Positions 12,201-25,900 of a DNA stretch of 64,000 nucleotides are shown piece by piece (the first letter of the stretch is position 1; every line of letters starts with the position of its first letter). The stretch spans positions 2,393,927 through 2,457,926 of the forward strand of contig OZ316898.1 in the NCBI GenBank assembly GCA_973895155.1, read 5' to 3'. A model generated the notes under the pieces. The model saw only the letters and a list, made by a program, of their open reading frames with translations, had not been told where the DNA came from and made no database searches. The translations under genes and the position numbers were made by a program. This stretch comes from Marsupella aquatica. Lineage: Eukaryota; Plantae; Marchantiophyta.

Positions 12201-15200
12201 ACGTCCTTCCCCAGTAAACTCGTCTTGCTCAAATGCATTGCACATCTTGGTACTTTTGACCTTGCCCTTCAAGACCGCCTAGTGGTTTTGCATGTATCGG
12301 GTGTGGTGGCCCTTCCCAGCTCTATTGGGCAACTATCAGCTCTTAGAATCTTTATCGGTAACGGCATACAAGCTGTACCGGATGAATTCGGTGATTTGTC
12401 ACAGTTGGAATATCTTGAGTTCAGAAACTGTGCATTTTTCCAGAGCTTGCCTGGTACATTTGGCAAACTATCACAGTTGAAGTCCCTAAAATTCAGGTGC
12501 TGCCACAGGCTCCAGTTGCCCGAGACATTTGGCGGTCTTTCCAACTTGAAGGATCTTGAACTCAAATCATGTTGGGGGTTGCGTTCCCTTCCTCAATCCC
12601 TCGGTAATCTATCCGCGTTAAATCATCTTGTCATCAGTCATTGTAACGAATTGGTCGCGCTACCTAATTCAATTGGAAACCTGTCTGCGTTGAAGCATCT
12701 AAACATCAGTCATTGTGAGGGATTGCATTCCTTGCCAGAGTCCTTTCGAAAGTTATCTGCAATTAAATATCTGAGTGACTGTGAGTTTGAACTACACCCG
12801 AATTCCTTCGAGAAACTCTCCACGTTAAGGCATCTGGAGTTGCAAGATTGCGGGAGTTTAATCTCCAGGATTGCCTTTGGTCAACTCACGCAGTTACAAT
12901 ACTTGGAAATCAGTGGAAAAGGCACTCTTATTGAGATGGAGAAGCTTCCCGAGTCTCTTGCACAACTGACGGCTCTTAATCATCTCGTTCTTGAGTGTGT
13001 TTCGATAAGGAGCATTCCTGACTTCATCAGGAGTATGCAGTCGTTACACACTTTGGAACTCAAAACTCTACCGTACATCAAGGAGTTGCCTGCTTGGCTG
13101 GGGGATACTGGTACGACCCCTCTAGCTCTGTCATGCAAGACGTTTCAGGTACAGGATGGGCGTTTTTCTTTGATTGGTGGGATGGCCGGAATTGTAACTG
13201 CAGAGTGGCAGATCAAGAAAATCCATGAAATTGCAATGGAGATGGTCGAGAAATTGGACTATGAAGGAGCTCTGGCATATTTGTGTCCCGCGAACCTTGG
13301 AGTGCTGGAAGCCAAGTTTGCGAGATTCTTGTTGCAAGAAAGGGGCATAGCAAGACGTTTCACGGGAGATCTCCAGAGAGCGTTGGAAGATCTCACTGCC
13401 GCATTAGAAGTATCATGTGCTGAAGATGACGGGCATGAGTATATGTATGACTGTTGGAAGCACCGAGGCTATGTGAACTTCTTGTTGGGGGATCTGGATG
13501 GTGCAAGAAGGGACGGTGCAATGGCTTCAACGCTGTTGCCTCACTACAGTTGCTATGCAATCGTAAGCTCACCAAGTCTAGGTGAAAGATCAGTAGCATA
13601 TATGGATTTCAGACTTGTTCGTAGGAGAAAATATGTCCACGAGCGTTGGGAATTAATGGACTTATCGCATTCTCAATTGATGGACAAGGTGCGGGTATCA
13701 GACTTCCACGGAGCCCTCGCATGTTGGAATGTCACTGATCCAAGTGCATACGAGCCAGCTCGAAGGCTTTTTTTCTTGCAAGAACGTGGGATTTTGAAGC
13801 GATTGTATGGAGATCTATGTGGAGCTCTGGCAGATCTTGGTGCTGCATTGGAAATCTATGGTGAGGCAGATGGTGTAGAGGGTTCAGAGACGCCAGATGT
13901 GTTTATGAAGTACTGCGCATATAATTGCCTGAAGCACAGGGGCTTCGTGAAATTTTTGTTGGAGGATTTGGATGGCGCAAAGCAAGATGGTGCGATGGCC
14001 TGGAAGCTCATAAGCTTCAAGTGTTTTTGGCCACGTGAAAGCGTGATCTCACCAAATCTAGGCGAAGAATTAATAACCTATATGCATTTCAGACTCCATC
14101 CAGTAATGCATCTTCCCAAGCAAATGAAATTAAAAAATTTATTTCATATTGACATGATGGAGAAGGTGAGGAAGTCTGATTTCTTGGGGGCCCTCACAGT
14201 CTGGGAAGATCTGGATGCCAGGATATCGGGCTATTTTGATCGGATTTTGTTCCTGCAAGAAAGAGGGGTCTTAAAGCGATTAGCGGGGGATCTCCAGGGA
14301 GCTTTGGATGACCTGACTGCCGCCGCGGAAATCCTGGCCGGCAAGGGAGATGACAAGTGCTGTGAGCAGCGTTGTTGGGACCAGTACATGTATAATTGTC
14401 GGAAGCACCTGGGCTACGTGAAGTTCTTGTTGGGGGATCTGGGTGGCGCCCAAGATGATGGTGCAAAAGCCTTAAAGCTTCTGTGGGAGAACTACAACCT
14501 CAATCACTTTAATTATAAAATCTCACCAACTTTAGGTGAAGAATCAGTCACATACTTGAAGTACACGCTGATCAGAAAAAGAGACATCCAAGTGCAGCAC
14601 GAGCTAATGATGTCAATACATTCTCAAGTGATGGAGAAGGTGACAATGTCAGACTTCCCGGGGGCCTTGGCAATCTGGTGTGATTTGGCTGATAGGGTAT
14701 CACCCTATTATGATCGAGTTTTCTTCTTGCAAGAAAAGGGGATATTGAAGCGAATGGCAGGCGACCTTCCCGGGGCGCTGGAAGACCTGACAGCAGCCTT
14801 GGAAATTTGGAACTTGGAAATACGGGAGGGTCATTATGAGCGTTTCAAGCATCGGGGCTATGTGAAGTACTTAATGGGGGATGAAGATGGAGCACGAAGT
14901 GATGCAGAAAGATGCGTGGCGATGGAGCCTGTAGTGGATGGGTGTAAATGCTTGGGAGGGTTGCCCGTGGCATTTTTGGAATTCAGACTGAAGGGAAGGA
15001 GAGCATGTGAGGAAGAATTCAAGATGTCAGCACATACTGAAGTTATGGAGAAGGTAAAGAAGAAGGACTTCCTGGGGGGCCTGGCAGTTTGGGACGATTT
15101 CGGCGCCAGCGTGGGAGGCTATTTTCTTTGGGATTTCTTCTTGCGCGAAAGAGGAATTCTGAGGCGAATGGTGGGCGATCTTCCGGGGGCGTTGCAAGAC

Positions 15201-15450
15201 CTTACAGCAGCCTTGGAACTTGAGGGCGAGGACTACGATTGCTCCAAGCACCGGGCGTACGTGAAGTTCTTACTGGGGGACATAGACGGAGCGCGAGAAG
15301 ATGCCACCAAATGCTTACGCAAACGGGAGCTCTACTCCAATTACTCAAGATCTTATCATGGAGACAAAAACTGTTTGGGAGAATTTCGTTTACCTTTTCT
15401 GGAGTTTGAGTTGTAAATAGCGCTTCCACTTCTTCTCCCCATGAATTTTA
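6270..15450 (+). repeat. Tandem segmental duplication unit 1 (paralogous to ~16660-26590), including ~2.8 kb upstream of the NLR gene
   Basis: Colinear similarity from AAAAGAGACCAGAATGATTC (6277, versus 16669) through both genes to the 3' flank. Confidence 0.9.
9057..15416 (+). CDS. NLR-like receptor copy 1: hydrophobic N-terminus, alpha/beta-hydrolase, NB-ARC, LRR, five TPR-like modules (~1812 aa)
   Basis: Exons 9057-9239, 9471-10103, 10447-10617, 10818-11906 and 12054-15416, all GT-AG, phase 0 and conserved in copy 2. Hydrolase motifs LFFHGL, WPKTWL, GHSFGG, STPHHGS, IVPEASA, ADHFSVCRP. NB-ARC motifs GMGGLGKTT, LVVLDD, SRFIVTSRD, CGGLPL, VHG. LRRs of the LPxSFGxLxxL type. Linkage of exon 1 is the least certain part. 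Confidence 0.85.
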
Positions 15451-17142
15451 AATATGTTGTGTAACCCATCTCCAAGAGGGTGTAATGGGATGTAATCCCA
15501 AATGGCATAGGAGCCCATTACCCCCAAGTGGGGATGAGTTGCTGCAAAATAAAGCCTGAGTGCAGTTTTGAATCATTTCAGTTTTACACAGACTGCAATT
15601 TATTTTCATCTATCATTGGTTGCTTGCACCTTACTGTATTTCTCAATCAGATTACTGTATTTCTCAATCAGATTACAGAGTCCCCAGGCCAGGCTGGCAC
15701 TGGGTTCTGTGGCTTAGAACACCCTGGGGTAATGCCTCATAACCATGTAGAGACATACAAAGAAAAAAAATGGACGAGGGGGTTACGTTCAGGACTTCTG
15801 CTGATTGTTGTGGGCTTCCAATTTGGTTTAAGATGGTACTAGCCTGAGTGCACCCTAAATAGAGGTGCGGACATTCCAGCCAACTCTGCCATTTTCGCAG
15901 ATTCACTATGTCCGCGATCCCTGTTTTCCACTTGCACCCCCAAGGCCAGTTGGGCTCCCAGAGTCAAGGTGCAGAGGCTTCACTCTAGGCCCATAGGTCC
16001 TGAAAAGTAGCTTTTGGCCTCTAACTCTGGGCCTTAGGTTCTGCAAAGTCACTTTGACGGCTATTATCTAAGTAGTCATTAGGACAGGGACCCTCTCTTA
16101 GAAGAATATGATTGTTGGCTCTGATATGGTTTTAGAAAATAGAGTATTGAATCTAGGTGAAACCCTGAACGTCATTGTTCCCCAAAAAGTCCTATGCTTT
16201 CACTCTATTGTGCACTTGGAGAGTAGTCTATCCTGAGTAATTAACAATCCATTGCCTGTGTGCAGCATGTGTCTTAAATTATGTCACCTCCCGATGTCTT
16301 TAATGTCCATGAAAGAAGGCATTGAAACCCACATCTACAGTATATGTCTGACAGCTATAATAAGCTTAGACCTTTATAGACCTTTTCTAAACATTACTAG
16401 CTGCGAGTTTGCAAAAAAGATGTCATGCAAGAAAGATGTCATATGTGCAAAGAAGCCGGTAACAGAGGACAAGACATTATCATCTGAAAGAAGTTGTTGC
16501 GTAAAGAGGAACTTGCATTGATGCATGTTTCACCATTTTTGGTACCTTTTTCCTGAAATTGTGGAGCAAAGTCTCAAGCACGAGGAGAGTAATGTGAAAA
16601 GGGGAGAAGTCTCTGACTCTCCTCCTTCTAAATGGCCAGGAGCAGTTTAAGTGCAATTTACAAAATCAAAAAGAGGGCAGAATGATTCCCTACCACAGGA
16701 TTTATCCCTATATAATTCCGCGTCAATAACATAAGTGGGGCATTAAAACTTTTCTCCCATTTCGTCACCATCTGTACAACTTTTGTCTCTCCCCTCTAAG
16801 TGCAACTCTTGCCTTATCTTCGCAAGTCTCTCCTTCCCATCCTCACAACTCTAGACTGTCCTCCCTACCTACAACTCATGCATTGACTTCTCTTTCCACT
16901 ATCTTTGTAGCACTTATGCTTTGACCATCTTCAACATTGACAACACTTCTGCTTGTCATCCTGACTGTAGCACCAACACTTTCCCAAAGATAGCACAATT
17001 GCAAGAATGACACATCTACAATAACAAGACCACAACAACAATCGTGCAAAGCTCATGCATTTGACTACATTAGTTATCTTTATCAAATAGGCATACCCAA
17101 GAAATTCACACTTTTCAGGACCTCACATAGTCAGAGGATTAA

Positions 17143-17945
17143 TTACGGACCCCACTAGAGGTCCCTTCCAAAATTCCTGGCACCACATCGTGCCACGTCA
17201 ACAACAACCGCAACAAACAAGACTCGTCGGTTTTGTGAATCAAACTTATAGTTTTCATTCGTGTTTGTGTCAATTTGGGTGTAAATTTTGGGACGCCGTA
17301 CCGTAAAAAGAAAAGTAAAAACATTGGAAATGCAAAGAGCAAGACGGTTAAAACTGTCACTATGTAACCGTTTTAGTTACATTTTCAATTTTAAAACTTA
17401 AATTCAAAGATTTATAAAAAGTATGTTTCATATAATAAATAATGACTAATAACTAAATTGATAACTTCCTTGTTAAACCGCAACTCCTGGTATGTAAGGA
17501 CCTCTCGTATTGTACGGCCATTAATGCTAGGAAGAGCACATAGAAACCCAGGATCAGGGAGGAGGAATGACTGGAATCTTGAAAGTTCATTCTCAAAACA
17601 AAAAAATATCCAGTCGTAGATCTCATTGAGATCTTTTTTTGCACCCTAGATTGCCTTCTAACATGGATGAATAAGATTTCTAAAGGCATTACAAAATGGA
17701 CGACAAAGATCGTAAAATCAACAAAATCGACAGCTATGAAGGCTTGGATTTGTTTAATTTTTCATTTGAAAACTATTGACCCATTTGCAAAACTGATAGA
17801 ACCCATCCATAGATCTATTTGAGATCTTTCTTTTGAGCCATAGATTGGCCATTATGATGGACTGACTAGATTTCCGGAAATAAGAAATAAAGACTGCTCA
17901 TATTGACTCTTCGGGCTAATAAATTAGCCAAGGGGTCCACTAACT
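17143..17945. mobile_element. ~800-bp AT-rich insertion specific to unit 2, MITE-like / non-autonomous DNA transposon
   Basis: Unit 1 reads GTCAGAGTATTAA-CTGGGAACTTTT contiguously (~6758-6782), whereas unit 2 is interrupted at this point. The insert starts TTACGGACCCC and ends GGGGTCCACTAA (imperfect inverted ends) in a TAA/TTA context. Confidence 0.55.
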
Positions 17946-19981
17946 AATTAGTAACTTTTATCATCGTATTGCCTAATGAGGGAAAATCGGAAGACGAAAT
18001 TAGAATCGCAGAGCAGAACCTGAATAGTTATGACCTTTGCTATAGTTCACCAATTGTCAGAGAATTTTCATCGCTACAGTTCCGGTGCACACATCAGGTC
18101 GACTCCATCTGCACCGTCAATCGTTAAAATCTTCAAAGATAATCACAATTATTTTCTAAGGGAACAATTTTAATATGGAACCCCCAATTTACATCTGGCA
18201 TTGCTGACCGAGAGCCACAGGTTAAATTGGTATCAAGACGACCTGACGAAAAGGTCGAGAGCGGCGTCCTCACGCAAGCCATGTCAAGAAATTCGTTTCT
18301 CTTTAAAACACGATTACTTTATGATTGTAGATAGATTCGCCCTCCATCCTTTCGTTTCACCCTGAAGACTTTATGGGTCTATTTGACATCACGCCCTCCC
18401 AAACCTTCTCAGGTCGATCTCATCTGCTTACTTCAGTTCAAGAGTACGATCGACAGCACATCCTGGACACTATTCTAGATTTTGGCTCGCAGGTCCGATC
18501 CTCTGAACGGAGCCAACCCGGGTGTTGTCTACCGGAATATCGTCAAGCAATCGGGAACTGCTGTACAGTGAACATATCGTAGAAGCGCACAGGAGATCAT
18601 AATGGATATCAACAGCAATTAACGTCAACCCTACCGCCACCCTCAAACACAGTTCAATACTGACACTCCAACTCATTCACAGTTCATTTTCCTCTCCTTC
18701 AGACTTAGCGGGAATCAGCTGGCTGTACGTACGCAAATCATCCATGGTTCCAAACACCATGGTGGTGTTCTTCACAGGTGTTTCAGTACTGATCTGCCAT
18801 CAATGCGAACCTGGCGTCGGCCACCTTTTGATTCCTCACAATCTCGTCAGCAATTCGGGTTAATAGTTCCGAGGATCTTGAGAGTACTCCTAGCCTGCTG
18901 AAACTGATCGAGATCAGGTAAGACGATACTCGTACCATACCTTGCCAAGTCTTTAGTGGTAGATTTTGAAGTTTTCCAGACTCTGCGTACTGTCAGATAG
19001 AGGTCAGCATCCTGTCTGGAAAACTTGCATACTGTCAGATAGAGGATAATTTCATGTGTGGTGGATACCTCAGAGGGTATGTATATGTACTCGATTAGCG
19101 ATAAGCACTTGTGAATCGGAAGCACTTCTTACCGCAGGGAATTAGAATCCGGGTGCTGTTGGAGGATTGATGGACCTCAAGGGGTGGATTATATTCTACA
19201 TGATTGCAGGTTTCAGACCTGCAACGACCCTATAGGCCAGGCGACGATACCCTCAGTCTCCTCTGGATGGCAAGCCATGATGGAATCGATCAACCAACTA
19301 CTGGGACGGAACGGTCAGAGCACAGCTTCCGGAATCCCTTCGATCAACTGCTGGTCCAAACCTTCTTTGATTCACTCTAATATCCATTGTCTAGTCGTCG
19401 AGTCTCTCATTTAGGCCCCCGTCTAGGTCAGCGAATATGGTTAAGATGTCGTTCGTCGGTGGGTGGGCTAAGTCAGTGGTGGCAAGCACAAGAGCTGTGC
19501 ACACTGTCCTGAATGCGCACCACAGAAAATCGCTTTTCTAGTGCCTCACTCCGCCTGACCTTTGGTTCACATGTTACTCGCTGAGCTGCCCTTAAGACGA
19601 ACTTCCTTCAGTTCCAATTCCTTACATCCTCGCTTACATCCTCAGCACTTCTGGTGCAGATGCGAGGAGGCAATTCTTTGCTAAACCTGTTTGCAGGATG
19701 GACAAAGCAGAACTTCGTGCCATTATTCGGTCGGTTGGATTCGCTAATTTTGAACTGATATGATCAAAAGTATGAGACCAATTTCCGTACCCGATCAGCG
19801 ATTTGCGTCTTTCTTTCGAATGGAAACAGAGCATCCTTCAATCAGGGATTTCGGATGCTTCTTGAGATGTCGTGTCGCTAGTGACACGACGACCATTCTG
19901 GGACTAGGTGCAAATTGTCACCTCTAGATGCTCAGGGCATGACGGCAGGCGAAAAGAGCTCGTCTTCTTCTGAGGCTAACG

Positions 19982-22900
19982 ATGGGTGCACTCAAATGGA
20001 TTTTCTTAATTCTGGTCATATTTGCGCCGATTCTAGTAGCTACAGAGAAAGTAGCCCATTTATCTTTTGTGGTCATTTGCTGCCTGCTTGGCTTTTTCTC
20101 GATGCGACTCATTGAAGCCTATCGCCGCCGCAGCAAAGTGAAACAGTGGAGGCTGGACGCCCGTCAGGTTAGTCGTCTACACGGTTCCTCATCTCCACGT
20201 TAGTGAAATTTTCTGCAGTTTTTTTGCCTGGTTATTTTTCTAGTCCATCCTCAACCTGTCAAACCTTGAGATTGAAAGAAACTTGTAACAAACTTTTTTT
20301 CAGGATGTCTAAGTCTGTCTTCCAGCATTCTATCTAACAGAGATCAAGTATGATAAACTATTGAACAACAAGTGCCCCCGTCTTCGTGGTATCTCAGCTG
20401 AATGACTCCCTTTACGAGCTTCACAAGCCTGCCGGTGTTCCAACCCTACAAGTTTTATTCTTTCACGGGCTTCCATTTGGCGACTTCTTAGACACACATT
20501 TATCGACCTGGGAAAGCGGGGACGGATCTTGTCTTTGGCCGAAGACGTGGTTGGCGAAGGAATTTCCAGATGCTCGCATCCTGGTGGTCTCTTACGGTGA
20601 AGGCCTCAGAGAAGGTTCCGCTGAAAGCTTCGACATGCGCATCATTTGCGAAAACTTGACCAGTGATCTGATCCAGGCAGACGTTGGTCAGACGGCTGAT
20701 TGCCCAGTCGTCTTGGTGGGCCACTCTTTTGGGGGTCTGGTCATCAAAGATCTGTGCCTTGAGGCGCACAACACACTCATTTCCCCTACACACAATGCGA
20801 AGGTTCAGAAATTTCTTGATAACTTGAGAGGGGTATTTTACTACAGTACCCCTCATCACGGCAGTCCTCATATAGGACGAGCAGCAAGTGTCTTGAGTGG
20901 CCCCTTGTTCAAGTACTTCACAGTATTAAGTACTGACGCTGCCCGGTTGAATTACGACTTCAATCGTTTGTGCAACTCGTACCCTAGGTTGCAAATAGCA
21001 GGATTGGGGGAACGGCTCCCTGTGAAATGGGTAAGATGCAGCTGCTATCATGTCCGCTTCTGATTACCCATTGTTTCTTTCTTTTAGTCATTCAAGTGAA
21101 AGAGCTCCAACTGCTGCCATGGATTTTGGCAGTAATTTGCGCGTTGGCACTGTGGTTGCTGGATGACCTTCACCTTTTCCGACTCTGCTTTTCTGCAGAG
21201 TAGACATATTTTAACTCTTGTGATGAATTCTGACCCGACAGGTAGCTAACGTACAGTCGGTACCTTTAGTTGTCTCATTCTCGAAGTGATTGGGTTTACT
21301 GGCGAAGCCAAGTTAATTGTTGGTTATTTCGTTGCATCAAATTGAAATTGTTGTTGTAGTCGAGCAGGGCATATTTCAAGGCATTGTCATAGTACCGGAA
21401 GCATCGGCCAGAGATGGGGAGAATTTCAATCTTGAAAGCAGCGCAGACCATTTCTCCGTGTGCAGACCAGAGAAGACAACCTCAAGAAGGTTCAACGCCC
21501 TGACAAGACTCCTTGGGAACATTTGCGACGATCTAAAGGTTGGTTAACTACAGTACGACCTTCAGCTGAAGTATCTACAGTCCTCACGTTGTCATTCGAT
21601 GCAACATGTGCGGCATATCTTTGGTTCTCAATATATGACAACCTCCTTCATGTCTCCTTAATTGAAAGCTCGAAATTCACATGGGGTAGAAGAATTCAGG
21701 ATTGCAATATTTCTGACGAAAATTATGTTTCAACTGTAGGATAAGAAAGCCATGGCTCAGAAGCAAGCTCTGCGACAGAATTTTCAACATCTTCCAAAGC
21801 ACATGATCAATACGGCTGGTGTTTTAGAGGAGGTTAAAAGCAGGCTTACGAAATTTACAACGCTGGGCTTTGTCGGGATGGGGGGCCTCGGGAAGACCAC
21901 TCTCGCAATGGCGGTCTTTAATGAACTGAGTCCGGCATTTGAGTACAGTTGTTTTGTCCCTGATATGAAGTTGATAAAAGGGAGTGTTGAGGAGGCGAAA
22001 GAGGAAGTGTGGAAAAAGATGCATCACTTCGGAAGGAAGGTTGGAGACAAAGATGAGTTGTATGATCTGACTGGGAAAGAACTACTGCTTGTTCTAGATA
22101 ATATATCAGATCATCGTGATATTATACTTTTGTCACATCTGGTTGATCTTTCCTCTCCACAAAGTCGTTTCATTATTACGTCTCGTGATAGGATCCTTCT
22201 GAGGAGCTTGGACGATATTTACGAGGTCCCGTTACTGGACCAGCGAAATGCCCAGAAGCTATTTCTAAGCCATGCTTGCCCAAGCCAGGTAAATTTACCA
22301 GCAAACTTGGAACGTGATATGGTGACCGTAGTGGCGAAGTGTGGCGGCCTGCCTCTAACGCTTGAAGTTCTCGGAAGTTACCTAAAACTGAAGAGGGATG
22401 GCAAGTTTTGGAAGCAAACTTTTCAGGCTTTGGAGGAGGCCGAAGCTATCGAAGACCTCGAGAAGAGGTTGTGGGCAAAGCTGAGAATCAGTTATGATGG
22501 ACTTCATGAGGTAGAGCAGCAAATGTTCCTCGATGCAACAACTTTCTTCAGCCAAAGTTTGAATGGGTATATATCTTTGCGCGAGGCAAAGGCGGCTTGG
22601 AGGAAAGCTTACAGGACTGAGTATGAGACCCTACGATGGCAAAACTTGGTGGACAGGTCTCTTGTTTATGATGTGGAAGACGATGAGAGTATCCGGGTGC
22701 ATGACCAACTTCTAAGTCTGGGACGAAAGATAGCCTTAGCCTCGGGGTCTAGTGAAAATGGCAAGTGGAGGCTATGGGATGAGAAAATGGTTTGCGAGCA
22801 ACTAATGGAGGACGCGGAAAATCAGGTGAGCTCGTCAGTGATCAACCAAATTTCTTTATTGAGGAGGCGCATAAACTTTAAAGTTTGGACATTCAAAGCA

Positions 22901-25900
22901 TATGACATTGCAGCCCGGTGCATTGATGACGATTGAACTAAATAGTGAGGTGGCGTTGATTTTGTAGGATATTCATGCCTTGCGGTTGTCCATCGACAGC
23001 GATGGTCAAGAACGTGGGACAATTCACATTTCAGGACATGCTCTTCCCAAACTGAAGAAGTTGCAGTACCTTGAAGTTGATGGCCCGGTTTTCCTTGATG
23101 GAGTCGAGGAAGATACGTCGTTCCCCAGTAAACTCGTTTTGCTCAAATGCATTGGACGTCTCGATACTTTTGACCTTGCCCTTCAAGACCGTCTGGTGGT
23201 TTTGTTTCTATCGGGTGTGGAGGTCCTTCCCAGCTCTATTGGACAATTATCAGCTCTTAGAATCTTTATCGGTGAAGACTTAAAAAGTGTACCGGATGAA
23301 TTCGGCGATTTGTCACAGTTGGAATATCTTGAGTTCAGACACTGTGCCTTTCTCGAGAGCTTGCCTGGTACATTTGGCAAACTATCACAGTTGGAGTCCC
23401 TAAAATTCAGATTCTGCCACAGGCTCCAGTTGCCTGAGACATTTGGCGGTCTTTCCAACTTGAAGGATCTTGAACTCAAATCTTGTTGGGGGCTGCGTTC
23501 CCTTCCTCAATCCTTCGGTAATCTATCCGCATTAGATCATCTTGTGCTTAGTCGTTGTGACGAATTGGTCGCTCTACCTAATTCATTTGGAAACCTATCT
23601 GCGTTGCAGCATCTAAACATCGGTCAATGTGAGGAATTGCATTCCTTGCCTGACTCCTTTCGAAACTTATCTGCATTAGAACATCTCAAGTTGAGTGACT
23701 GCGAGTTTGAAGTTCCCCCGAATTCCTTAGGGAAACTCTCCACGTTGAGGCATCTGGAGTTGCAAGACTGTGGGAGTTTAATCTCTATGATTACTTTTGG
23801 CCAACTCACGGAGTTACAATACTTGGAAATCAGTGGAAAAGGCAGTCTTATTGTGATGGAGAGCCTGCCTGAGTCTCTTGCACAACTGACGGCTCTTACT
23901 CATCTCGTTCTTGACTGTGTTTCTATAAAGAGCGTTCCCGACTTCATCAGAAGTATGCAGTCTTTGCATACTTTGGAGCTCAAAACACTACCGTACATCA
24001 AAGGGTTGCCTGCCTGGTTGGGGGATACTGGTGCGGCCCCTCTAGCTCTATCATGCAAAAGGTTTCAGGTACAGGACGGGCGTTTCTCTTTGATTGGTGG
24101 GACAGCCGGAACTGTAACTGCGAAGTGGCAGATCGAAAAGATCCATGTAATTGCGATGAAGAAGGTCGAGGAATTAGACTATGAGGGAGCTCTTGCGTAT
24201 TTGTGTCCCGCGAACCTTGGAGTGCTGGAAGCCAAGTTTGAGAGATTCTTGTTGCAAGAAAGGGGCATAGCAAGACGTTTCACAGGAGATCTCCAGGGAG
24301 CCTTGAAAGACCTCACTGCCGCATTGGAAGTATCATGTGATGAAGATGACGGGCATGATTATATGTATGACTGTTGGAAGCACCGAGGCTATGTGAAATT
24401 CTTGTTGGGGGATCTGGATGGTGCAAAAATGGACGGTGCAATGGCTTCAACGCTGTTGCCTCAGTACAATTGCTATGGAATTGTAAGCTCACCAAGTCTA
24501 GGTGAAAAATCAGTAGCATACATGGATTTTAGACTTGTTAGAACGGGAGACTACTTCAACCAGCTTTGGGGACTAATGGATTTATCGCATTCTCAAGTGA
24601 TGGACAAGGTGCGGTTATCGGACTTCCACGGAGCCATGGCATGTTGGAATGTCACTGATGCAAGTGCATATAAGCCGGACCTGAGGCTTTTTTTCTTGCA
24701 AGAAAGTGGGATTTTGAAGCGATTGGGTGGAGATCTATGTGGAGCTCTGCAAGATCTTAGTACTGCATTGGAAATCTATGAGACAGACCGTCGACGGTTT
24801 TCAGATCCACAAGACATGAAGTACTGCGCATATAACTGCCTGAAGCACAGGGGCTTCGTGAAATTTTTGTTGGGAGATTTGGATGGCGCAAAGCAAGATG
24901 GTGCGACGGCCTGGAAGCTCATAAGCTGTAAGTGTTATGATCCAAGTAACAGGCTGATCTCACCAAATCTAGGCGAAGAATTAATAACCTATATGCATTT
25001 CAGACTCCATCCAAGAATACATCTTCCGAAGCAAATGAAATTAAAAACGTTATTTCATAATGACGTGATGGAGAAGGTGAGAAACTCAGAATTCTTGGGG
25101 GCCCTCACAATCTGGGAAGATCTTGATGACAGGACATCTGGCTATTTTGATCGGATTTTGTTCCTGCAAGAAAGAGGGGTCTTAAAGCGACTAGCGGGGG
25201 ATCTCCAGGGAGCTTCGGATGACCTGACTGCAGCTGTGGAAGTCCTGGCCGGCGAGGGAGATGACAAGTGCTGTAAGCAGCGTTGTTGGGACCAGTACAT
25301 GTATAATTGTCGGAAGCACCTGGGCTACGTAAACTTCTTGTTGGGGAATCTGGGTCGCGCCCAAGATGATGGTGCAAAGGCCTTAAAGCTTCTGTGGGAG
25401 AACTACAACCTCGATTACTCTACTTATAAGATCTCACCAAGTTTAGGTGAAGAATCAGTCACATATTTGAATTTCACGCTGATTGGAAAGAGAGATGTCG
25501 AAGTGCAACAAGAGCTAATGGCGTCAAGACATTCTCAAGTGATGGATAAGGTGATGATGTCAGACTTCCTGGGGGCCCTGCCAATCTGGTGTGATTTGGC
25601 TGGCAGGGTGTCACCCTATTACGATCGAGTTTTCTTCTTGCAAGAAAAGGGGATATTGAGGCGAATGGCGGGCGACCTTCCCGGGACGTTGGAAGACCTG
25701 ACAGCAGCCTTGGAAATATTGAACTTCGAAACATGGCCGGGTCATTATGAGCTTTTCAAACATCGGGGCTATGTCAAGTACTTAATGGGGGATGAAGATG
25801 GGGCACGAAGTGATGCAGAAAGATGCGTGGCAATGAAGCCTGTAGTGGGTGGGCGTGAATGTTTGGGAGGATTTCCCGTGGCATTTTTGGACTTCGGACT

